DNA of 28,021 nucleotides. Origin: Candidatus Fraserbacteria bacterium. GTDB taxonomy: Bacteria > Bipolaricaulota > Bipolaricaulia > RBG-16-55-9. Below, piece after piece: positions 1 to 7,860 of this stretch. How positions within the stretch are numbered: the stretch's first letter is position 1; each line of letters opens with the position of its first letter. The DNA lies in contig JBBIPG010000030.1 in NCBI GenBank assembly GCA_037442925.1, positions 1 through 28,021 on the forward strand. The letters are read 5' to 3'. The notes beneath the pieces were generated by a model, which made no database searches, was not told where the DNA came from, and was given only the letters and a program-made list of their open reading frames with translations. Both the position numbers and the translations under genes were made by a program.

Positions 1-99
1 TAGGGAGAGGCCGGTTGCGCCCCAGGCCATCGGGATGGGGAGGAGTGTCAGGGAAAGCAGAAGTACGAGAGCAGAGCCCAGCAGCTTCTCAGGCTTCAT
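1..99 (-). CDS. 5' end of a secreted hypothetical protein, truncated by the window edge
   Basis: Not in the ORF track. ATG at 99, 17 bp after the stop of the beta-propeller gene, preceded by AGGGGA. Translates to MKPEKLLGSALVLLLSLTLLPIPMAWGATGLSL, a signal-peptide-like sequence open to position 1. Confidence 0.65.
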   Translation of the reverse strand, partial: MKPEKLLGSALVLLLSLTLLPIPMAWGATGLSL

Positions 100-116
100 A
101 GTGAAAATCCCCTGAC

Positions 117-1586
117 TCAACGGCTCTGGGCTGGGACATGCACCCGCCCGCTGTGCTGAGGGTCCCCGCGGAACATGGGCCACGGGGAATCAGCTAAGCC
201 TGGACTACCCGTCTGAAGCGCATACACCTGGCCCTCGCAGTCCGTCTCGCCCCCTCCCCCAGTCCACTGGCAGGGGCCTACGGTAGTGAAGTAGAGCGTC
301 CCATCTTGAGCCAGTGTCGGTGAAGAACGGATATCCCCAGCTGTCTCGAAGGTCCAGAGCAGCTCGCCTTCGGAACTCAGGGCATAGATCTTGCCAGCGT
401 AGGATTCAGAGATGGGTCTGAAACTGCGCACTGAGATGGCCGTCGGCAAGTAGATCACCCCGTCGGCCCCGACGGCGGGCGTGCCGGAGATGTACTCCTT
501 TGGGTCTTGTAGAGGGAAGCTCCAGCGGATCTGGCCTTGATGGGTGAGGGCGTAGAGGGTATGCATCTGTCCGCTCAAGCCCAGATAGATGGTCCCATCA
601 GCTCCCAGAACCGGCTCGGTGCGGGCAAGCTCTCCTCTTCGTATCCAATCCCACAAGATGTTCCCTTCGGCATCGAGGGCATAGAGCGAAGTGCCCGCTC
701 CAGGCAGTTGCCCATAGGAAGAAAGATCAAGGAAATAGTGATCGCGCACGGTGATGTACAGCCTGCCCTCGGTCCCCGGCACCGCAGAAAAAGTCTTGAA
801 TCCCATAGTTAATGCCAAACTAAGAAATGGTTCAGCGAATCGTGGCAAGGGGAGCCGGACCACACGTTGCAGGCTGCCATCAGCAGAGAAGGTGTATTGC
901 AGAAGGGAGCCTCTTGCATCGTCTGGTAAGTTTCTTCCCAGAATCTCGCCAAGAGCCGCTGCTACAAGGAGAGTCCCATCCGGTTGAATTAGAGTAGGAG
1001 CTACTTCCAGGTCATATTCGCCTTCCGGCTTGGGAGTAATGTGGTCTGCCAGCTTGATAGGCCCCCATTTCACCGAGCCGCTCTGCGCGTCCAGCGCAAT
1101 CGGATCACGGTAAAGCAAAGCAGTGAAGATCGTATCTTGGCTATAGGACAATATCGATGGGTAAGGAACCACCTCCCGAGTCCACTTTGTTGACCCATCT
1201 GCTCGGACAGCCAGAATGGGCACCCCAGCACCATATATATCCCCTTGGGGATCAACCACAGGCGTTCGATCAGCCAAGCAGTCTTGAGGCTTGGCTGAGT
1301 CTTGTTCCCATTTCAAGCCTCCTTGAGGATCGAGGGCAAGAAGGCATTGCCAGGTCACATAGACTGTGCCATCAAGGCTGACCGCCGGATCACCGCTAAC
1401 AAAGCTAACCCCTGCGAACTCCAGTCGTGGGAGTTCATAGACCCACTTGAGGGAGGGCACCAACGCTCGCTGGGGTGGCTGACCCAGGGTGAGCACAGAG
1501 CCGTCCGGCTTGAGAAATGGCAGCAGGAGCATCCCAAGGAGCGCCCACCGCAACGGCGTATAGAGAGTGCACTCTCGCTTCTCCAT
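117..1586 (-). CDS. Secreted PQQ-like (BamB-type) beta-propeller repeat protein, about 489 aa
   Basis: Repeated blades of the form P-(A/V)-x-x-x-DGT(I/V)Y ... (L/I)YAL-x-x-x-G-x-x-x-W. C-terminal SPWPMFRGDPQHSG closure motif. Hydrophobic N-terminus WALLGMLLLPFL. Start moved from 1664 to ATG 1586, which has GGAGGAG 8 nt upstream and avoids overlap with the upstream ORF. Confidence 0.8.
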   Translation of the reverse strand: MEKRECTLYTPLRWALLGMLLLPFLKPDGSVLTLGQPPQRALVPSLKWVYELPRLEFAGVSFVSGDPAVSLDGTVYVTWQCLLALDPQGGLKWEQDSAKPQDCLADRTPVVDPQGDIYGAGVPILAVRADGSTKWTREVVPYPSILSYSQDTIFTALLYRDPIALDAQSGSVKWGPIKLADHITPKPEGEYDLEVAPTLIQPDGTLLVAAALGEILGRNLPDDARGSLLQYTFSADGSLQRVVRLPLPRFAEPFLSLALTMGFKTFSAVPGTEGRLYITVRDHYFLDLSSYGQLPGAGTSLYALDAEGNILWDWIRRGELARTEPVLGADGTIYLGLSGQMHTLYALTHQGQIRWSFPLQDPKEYISGTPAVGADGVIYLPTAISVRSFRPISESYAGKIYALSSEGELLWTFETAGDIRSSPTLAQDGTLYFTTVGPCQWTGGGGETDCEGQVYALQTGSPGLADSPWPMFRGDPQHSGRVHVPAQSR

Positions 1587-1605
1587 CACTCTCACTCCTC
1601 CCGAC

Positions 1606-4004
1606 TCACTGAGCGCAGATGCCCGACGTGAATCGTATCCCCGAGTACGGATCGGTGCAAGCATTCACCGTGGTGCCGCTGATCGTAGGGGGCGCTGATC
1701 CCGCAGGGGGAGTGCTGCTGACAGGTTGGGATGAGCAAATTCCCAGCGAGAGACAGAGCTGCGCGGCATCGCCTTCATGTTGCCCAAAGCTGTAGACCAC
1801 CTGCCCGTTGAGCACGACGATGATTGTCACCCTACCACCGAGTGGGTGCTGCGCCGCATAGTTTTGGATTTGGCTCTTGAGACGTTCCAGAGCGGCAGGA
1901 TCAGCACCTTGTAGCTCAATCACCACGACTCGATCCCTGCCTATGTTCAGGCATTCCCCACTATATGCGCCCAGGGCACCGCACCTATCCCTAGCTACAT
2001 TCATGGCATCGCGAAGTCGTCGCTCGAATCCCGTGCAGCAATCGGAACTGACGTCACTGGAATGGAGGAAGGGTTCAATCACGATGTATGCCACCAGCTT
2101 GTCTCCCTTGGTTGCGATTACATCGATACGCCTGTCTTCGCCACAATTCTGGGTATCGCCACCCTCAAGAATCTCGCACGCTGAGTAGAAGATGCGCTCC
2201 AGATTCCACCCTTGACCTCGGTTCAGAATCTCCGTGGCCAGACGGACCGCCTCCTGAAGCCGATAGAATCTTTCAGCATCCCTTCCCGCTCCCGAGATGA
2301 CCAAGGCCAACGTCAGATCCTGGAGATCTCCCCTGATCAGCGCTGATCCCGCCAGGCTACCCACCTGCTCGTAGAGGCTCTTCACCGCCTGGAAGAAGCT
2401 CACGCCATCCGGATAGGGAAACTGCGAGAGAGAACTGTCGATGGCACCCGGATTCAGCACGCCTTGCGCTCTTAGGCCATCGATCCAGCCCACCGCGAGC
2501 ACTCCCACCGGCCCGAACTGCTCAATCATCCAGCTCATCAGCGCTTGATCTTTCACTTGGTAGAGGAAGTACTGCAAGAAATTGAGCACCAAGCTCGCTT
2601 CTATGTTGTTATTGCCCGTGATCCTGCGCACGAAGTCGATCAGCGCGCCGACCAACTCATTAAGACCAGGATGGTTCTGTGGGTCGCGCCAGTCGGGGTT
2701 GTCTAAGATGAACTGCGAGAGCACACAGGAACTGGGGTCCGGACACTGAGCCTGCAAGGCAGCCAAGTCTTGGAAGAGCCCGGACCAGGCGGCTGCGGGA
2801 TCGGGCAAGGCGTTCATGCGGCTGGAGAATTGTTGAATGAAGCTCAAGACTTCTCCACCACAGAGGCTGATGCTCGCCAGGGTGATGCTGATGAAGTTAA
2901 AGGGTGGAGGTAGAGAGAAGCGAATCCCGATGCTGGCACACAGCAAGCTCACCCCTTGGCCTTCGACCTCGCTGCCTTGGAGATAGCCTCTCTTGAGGGC
3001 TAGATCGCGCAAGGCTTGCACCGTCTGCAGACTGGGATTGTTCCAGCCGGCCAGGAGCACGCTCATCTTGGGATCGGGGAAGAAGGCGATCCCTGGTTTA
3101 TTCAGCGCTTGGCTCACCTGGTTTTGCAGCTGAGCTGTCTCCGTGTAGAGAGCCGGTCTCGTCTCGTACTCCCACTGTTTCTGGTACCAGCGCTCATCGT
3201 AGTCCATACACTGGAGTCGGCTTACCGTGCTCGCCCGGCCCAGATAGGGAGCAGGGCAGTAGGGCAGCATGGGTTTTCGCAATTCTATCCCCTTCTTGAC
3301 CGCGGGTGCAGGCGGCGGAGGAGGCGGACTCGGAGGAGCAGGCTTGGGTGCTGGCAACTTCGGCGGGGTTGGAGTCGGCTTGGGCTTCGGCACAATCACC
3401 GGCAGATCTGGCAGCTCCACTGGCAGGATCTGCCAGCTCCCTCTGCCTCCTGAGCTGACCCGTTGCACCTTCACAGTGGTGTGCACCGCCCGATCCAGAT
3501 CGAAGCTCATCCCGCCCGGCAGCAGGGCCTGCCCTGCGGCGGTATCCACCTCCGGCACGACCACCAAAGCCGTGGCTTCCTCTTGGTCGGCATCGAGGAT
3601 GACCACTTGTGCTTGAGACCAGTCCAGTTCCTGAGCGCACACCCTGAGCTGAGGCCCCACTCAGCAATGGCTGCACTTGAGAAGCAATCTCTTGGGCGCC
3701 AATCTCATCCGGGAGGAAGAGATCGACTCCTACTGGCTCCTCAGGGCTGGAGACCTCCCCTTCCAGTTCCACCGCCAGCTGAGTGAGCTATTGGCCTCCC
3801 TCGTCTGCTCCCACTACGGCAGCCCAACTGTTGCTCTGGTGAGCCACTTCGTTCTCCAGAAGATAGAGCGCGGCATCACTGCCCGCGGGGACTTCGATGA
3901 GGGTGACCTCTGTTGCGGTCTCCTGCTGAGCACTGAGTCCTGGTCCTTTGGCCTTGCCCTTCACCTTGCAGCCGTGGGCCTTGCTAAGCACCAGCTTCTT
4001 GCCC
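1606..4004 (-). pseudogene. 5'-truncated, disrupted paralogue (orphan cassette) of the 819-aa lipoprotein at 5290-7749
   Basis: Track ORFs 3788..4132, 3194..3772 and 1606..3660 align consecutively to residue 93 onward of the 819-aa protein. No signal peptide or start codon. In-frame TAG at 3788-3790 where the paralogue has Gln. Frameshift near 3635-3638 (GVR-SGT versus expected GVR-AQELDW). The 3' 684 codons are open and include a Pro-rich linker. Confidence 0.8.
3851..4004. repeat. Direct repeat (homology arm), copy 2, paired with 7321-7474
   Basis: Ungapped hand alignment at offset 3470 gives 121/154 identical nt, and 51/54 over 3951-4004. Similarity ends abruptly at 4004/7474. Confidence 0.9.
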
Positions 4005-4058
4005 TTAGGGGAAGAACTCGTGCCCGTGAGGCTGACGGTGGGAAAGGATACACCTGGA

Positions 4059-5288
4059 TCAAGGCTTGATGAAGTCCGAAGGCCAGGGGAAATCCGGAGG
4101 ACAGAGGTCTTGCTTGTTCTCTCGGAATTCATTTTCTATTCCACTGATCCGATAAATCTCTTTTAGCTCTACTTCCGGTGCCACTTGCACCTGAACTCCA
4201 CAGCTGTTGCGTGCAAACGTGTTGCGACTGATCGTCAGACGAACTCTCCCATTGATGTGGAGCCCTGTTGCGCAGTCTTCAAACGTATTTGTTCTGATTA
4301 TCCCTGTGGAAGGTCCTTCCACCGCAAAGCAGGGTAGAAGCGTTCCTCTGCCTTTCCTAAAGAGGTTATCCTGCGCGAGGAAGATTCCACCTCCTCCAAT
4401 GGTGAGGAAGGAATCTTCAAACTGGTTCTCCATAACCGAGATGGCGCGACCGCTGATCAGCGATTCTTGAAAGCGATTTCGCTGAAGTGTCCCACTCTGC
4501 ATTAAAAGCAATGAAGAGTTGATGAATTCGTTGCCATCTAGGATCGCTTCTTCTAGGTTAATGATATTTACTCGAGTGAAGTGATCGCCTTGAAGCCACC
4601 AGGAGATGTCTCGTTTCTCTGTTGACTCTTCTGTTGCTGGTGGGAGCGGATCGTATAGGTGTGTATTCTCAAAGAAACTGTCTATCACCTGCAGTTGAGT
4701 CCCTTCCCAGACGGCTAAGGCAGTGTGCCAATTTCGGAAGATCACGCGGTCCATCTCGATCACACTCTGTGTAGCTTTCGACTCTTGAAGCCAGTTAGTG
4801 ATCTCTAGGGCAGTGTATCGTAAACTTGGGTTGAGAGCTTGATCCAGCGTGAAACCTTGAAAGGTCAGGTTCTCCAAGCGGACCCAGCTGCCTCCAAACC
4901 GAGATCCTACCCGCAGGCGCAAAGCCGGTCGATTATCAGTGATCTGGGGGAAGCCTGTCTGCCAAATGACTCCATCACCAGCTCCACGGATGAGCACCGC
5001 CGTGGCTTGAAGATCGGGGTTGGCAGGGAAAATGACACTCTCCTGATAGATTCCAGGCTGGATAAGGATGGTAGGAATCAAAAAAGGTCGAGAGGATCTG
5101 GCCGCTTCTAAGGTTTGTTCGATAGCTTGGAAGGCTGAGGCAATAGTAGGGTATGGACATCCTTGATGGCAAACCTCTAGTACCCATCCGCTGTCCGCTG
5201 GAAGAGATCCCTGCCAATATCCCTCTGATCTTGTGAGTCCAATCAGCAAGCCGCATCCAACGAAGATCAACAGTGGTATCCTAAGCAT
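4059..5288 (-). CDS. Secreted right-handed parallel beta-helix (pectin-lyase-like/NosD-like) protein, 409 aa
   Basis: Signal-like N-terminus MLRIPLLIFVGCGLLIG. Typical beta-helix cap VCHQGCPYPTI...TILIQPGIYQESV. Repeating xxN-x-F coils (GNEF, RNRF, ENQF, DNLF, TNTF, RNTF, ENEF). ATG lies 1 bp after the TAA of the 819-aa gene. Confidence 0.75.
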   Translation of the reverse strand: MLRIPLLIFVGCGLLIGLTRSEGYWQGSLPADSGWVLEVCHQGCPYPTIASAFQAIEQTLEAARSSRPFLIPTILIQPGIYQESVIFPANPDLQATAVLIRGAGDGVIWQTGFPQITDNRPALRLRVGSRFGGSWVRLENLTFQGFTLDQALNPSLRYTALEITNWLQESKATQSVIEMDRVIFRNWHTALAVWEGTQLQVIDSFFENTHLYDPLPPATEESTEKRDISWWLQGDHFTRVNIINLEEAILDGNEFINSSLLLMQSGTLQRNRFQESLISGRAISVMENQFEDSFLTIGGGGIFLAQDNLFRKGRGTLLPCFAVEGPSTGIIRTNTFEDCATGLHINGRVRLTISRNTFARNSCGVQVQVAPEVELKEIYRISGIENEFRENKQDLCPPDFPWPSDFIKP

Positions 5289-5289
5289 G

Positions 5290-7749
5290 TTAGATGATCT
5301 GAACTAAACGACATTTCAAGCTCGATGTACAAGCGGAACGGGGCTGGACTGGTTGGTAGACATCAACTGAGTTTGTATTGTCGGATTGAGACTGGCTTGC
5401 TTGAGTTTCACTGACGCACAGTCCCATTTCTATGCATAGTTGTTGAATCTCGGCCGTGACGGTAGTACCCTGAGGACCCGTACTGCACGCAATGCTCCCT
5501 TGAAAGACAACTACTGTCGGCTGTTGGCTGACGCCCCCAAGTAACGCACATGCATTCTGAACTGCTCCGGGATCTGCCCCATGAATTACTACGAATATTA
5601 TCCCCCAGTAGTTTTTAAATTGCCCATTTAGCAGGTTTCGCAATACATTCTGGGCTCCGTAAATTCGATCTCCTAGTGTCAATATCTCATTGGTTTGAAG
5701 ATAAGGTTCAATGAGGATGAAAGCAACCACGGGTGTTCCACCTAGAGCATCCGGGTATCCTGTGACCAATAGATCGCAGAGATGTTGTGCTCCTACAAGT
5801 CCACCTCGGCACGGGTTAAAGATTCTTTGAAGAGTCCATCCTCGACTGTGTAGGTTCAACGCTAAGCTCAGGGCTTGCATTGCTCGCTCAATCAACTCAA
5901 CGGCGCCTTCCTTACCTGGACCATTCTTCAGCACCTCTGCTACAGCGGATGATACTACAATCAGAAACCTATAAATCTCACAATATGCGGTATTGTTGCT
6001 GAGATAAACTTGCTCGGCTAGTGGCAGTATTGCTGTGGCCCATGCAGCAGCTCTGGGATCTGATTGCTGAGCAACTAGGTTTTCTATTAAGGAGAATACC
6101 ACAATCCCCGTCGCACCAAATCCCCAGAACTGACTCGAGGCAGCTCGACGCAAAGTCTCTGCATCTAAGACTGCTCCGGCTTCCCTCAATGATGCTTCAG
6201 TTCTCGAGAAGAATTCGTTCATGAGAGGGTCGTTTTGTCTAAGGTATTCGTACCTTCTTTGAAATTCTTCCGGATCATCTTTGACGGATGCCAACTCTGC
6301 TAGTTTACTGGCTATGTGCTCCTTTTCGTCATCATTTCGCGATTGCACCCAAGAAGCTACCCCTTGTAACCCCCAACAGACTCCGTCTGCGATCAGTCCT
6401 CCTACTCCCGGTAGCATTCCAAGTATAGTAGCAATAGCGTCACAAACGGTTGTAACGGTATCCAACCAGCCATTTTGGCATGCGGCTTCGAGTGGTTGCC
6501 GTTGCTGCGCCTTAACTGCTTGCGCTGTAGCCAGCACAGCCCTTGCTTGTTGATAAAAGCTGCTCATCTCTTCTTGGGCAAGGTTCCGAAAACCAACTAT
6601 CATAACGTCAACGTCTTGGCCCCGAAAAACGAGTATATCTTGCTTGAGGTTAGCTGCCTGAACTTTCTGCTGTACAGAGGCGATTCTCTGAGAAGCTCGA
6701 TTTACTGTCCAAGGCTGCTCATAGTCTTGGCAAAATGCCCTCCGAAACGAATTCAACCGCCCATAATAGCCATACGGGCACATGTAGAAGGATTCTGCCT
6801 GTTGCAGTTCGCTTCCTCTTCTGCTGCCGAGAGGAGGGGAGCTGACCTGCAGAGTAGATCGTGAACTTGCTGTAGGGGTACTCCGCCTTATCTTTGTTCG
6901 CATGTATGTCACACGATCTAGATCAAGATTCGAACCTGTACTCCCCCACAGACTCTGACTCACTGAGCCCATCTCTGGAACAACCACTATCGCTTCTAGT
7001 TCCTCAGAGCCATCAGAGTTGACCACTACTTGCTGATCATCGAGCAGCACTTCTGCATGAGTCCAATCTAGCTCTGCTGTGCTTAGCGCTCTTACCCCAG
7101 CAGTGTCTGCGCCGGAAGCTAAAAGCTGTTGCAACTGAGAGGCCACTTCTTGCGTGCCAACTTCATCTGGCAGCAAGAGGCTTACTTCAGTGACCTCACC
7201 GTCGCTTGATCCTTGCACACTAGCGCTCCCTTCCAGTCCTACCTCCAAGTGAATTAGCTGCTCGCCGCCTTGGGCCACTTCTCTAAAGGAAGCCCAGGAG
7301 TTAGTCTCACTGCCTGTCTCGTTCTGTAAGAGGTACAGAGCCGCATCTGAGCTTGCGGGCACCTCGATCAGGGTGACTTCTGTGATCGTTTCCTGTTGAG
7401 CCCTCAGCCCCTGCCCTCTGGCCTTGCTCTTCGCCTTGCAGCCGTGGGCCTTGCTGAGCACCAGCTTCTTGCCCCGGCGTTCGAGAGCCTGCTTCAGTAA
7501 TTGGATCTCCTGTCTGTCCTTGAGGGCCTTCTCTGCCAGTTTCTTGGCCAGTCCGGGAGCGAGATCCCTCACACAGTTTGGAGGTCTGCCCTGACCTTGG
7601 GCGGCAATGAGCCAAGTGGATGTGCCTGAGAGTTCTGGAGTGTCTGAGGAGTCTTCCAGTGGATCGTTGGGAAAGAGCTGGGAACATCCGGTGAGGATTC
7701 CGAGGAGCAGCAGGAGTCCGCCGAAACCGAGCCCGTGAAGTTTTTTCAT
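5290..7749 (-). CDS. Large Cys-rich lipoprotein of unknown family, 819 aa (candidate polymorphic effector or surface protein)
   Basis: MKK, a hydrophobic stretch and lipobox LTGC (Cys22). AAAAGGGGG SD-like sequence upstream. Strong promoter at 7777-7805. A paralogue at 1606-4004 supports coding status. Confidence 0.85.
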   Translation of the reverse strand: MKKLHGLGFGGLLLLLGILTGCSQLFPNDPLEDSSDTPELSGTSTWLIAAQGQGRPPNCVRDLAPGLAKKLAEKALKDRQEIQLLKQALERRGKKLVLSKAHGCKAKSKARGQGLRAQQETITEVTLIEVPASSDAALYLLQNETGSETNSWASFREVAQGGEQLIHLEVGLEGSASVQGSSDGEVTEVSLLLPDEVGTQEVASQLQQLLASGADTAGVRALSTAELDWTHAEVLLDDQQVVVNSDGSEELEAIVVVPEMGSVSQSLWGSTGSNLDLDRVTYMRTKIRRSTPTASSRSTLQVSSPPLGSRRGSELQQAESFYMCPYGYYGRLNSFRRAFCQDYEQPWTVNRASQRIASVQQKVQAANLKQDILVFRGQDVDVMIVGFRNLAQEEMSSFYQQARAVLATAQAVKAQQRQPLEAACQNGWLDTVTTVCDAIATILGMLPGVGGLIADGVCWGLQGVASWVQSRNDDEKEHIASKLAELASVKDDPEEFQRRYEYLRQNDPLMNEFFSRTEASLREAGAVLDAETLRRAASSQFWGFGATGIVVFSLIENLVAQQSDPRAAAWATAILPLAEQVYLSNNTAYCEIYRFLIVVSSAVAEVLKNGPGKEGAVELIERAMQALSLALNLHSRGWTLQRIFNPCRGGLVGAQHLCDLLVTGYPDALGGTPVVAFILIEPYLQTNEILTLGDRIYGAQNVLRNLLNGQFKNYWGIIFVVIHGADPGAVQNACALLGGVSQQPTVVVFQGSIACSTGPQGTTVTAEIQQLCIEMGLCVSETQASQSQSDNTNSVDVYQPVQPRSACTSSLKCRLVQII
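7321..7474. repeat. Direct repeat (homology arm), copy 1, paired with 3851-4004
   Basis: Encodes GKKLVLSKAHGCK...EVTLIEVP.SDAALYLL. About 79% nt identity to 3851-4004 by hand count. Confidence 0.9.
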
Positions 7750-7776
7750 GATGCGCCCCCTTTTGATCGCAGGGTC

Positions 7777-7805
7777 ATACTAGCATAAGATTGTTAAAAT
7801 GTCAA
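7777..7805 (-). promoter_or_regulatory. Sigma70-type promoter of the lipoprotein locus
   Basis: Minus strand TTGACA-17 bp-TAGTAT with a TGn extended -10, ending 27 bp upstream of the ATG at 7749. Confidence 0.8.
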
Positions 7806-7814
7806 GGGGGGGGG
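7806..7814. repeat. G9/C9 homopolymer abutting the -35 box
   Basis: Nine consecutive G on the + strand directly next to tgtcaa (7800-7805). Confidence 0.9.
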
Positions 7815-7860
7815 TAAGACATAGAAACACGTACTATAAGAATCCGTGCCGATGCCTGCA

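Noticed and set aside
3295..3400. GC-rich low-complexity stretch as a DNA repeat element
   Set aside because: It encodes the Pro-rich linker of the orphan protein and has no regular repeat unit.
3194..3772. 192-aa ORF as an independent gene
   Set aside because: Its first ~46 codons belong to the disrupted lipoprotein paralogue. The rest is out-of-frame read-through after the frameshift.
3788..3790. In-frame TAG as pyrrolysine or stop-codon recoding
   Set aside because: TAG ends normal genes in this window (slipin, mutM). The site aligns with Gln (CAG), and the same gene also has a frameshift and a truncation, so simple decay explains it.
3788..4132. 114-aa ORF as an independent gene
   Set aside because: Its ATG lies inside the beta-helix gene and the first ~43 residues have no homology. 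The remainder is the 5' fragment of the orphan cassette.
1..7800. Diversity-generating retroelement, integron or shufflon as the source of the repeats
   Set aside because: No reverse transcriptase, integrase or invertase in the window. Mismatches between the repeat copies are not adenine-specific, and I saw no attC-like sites.
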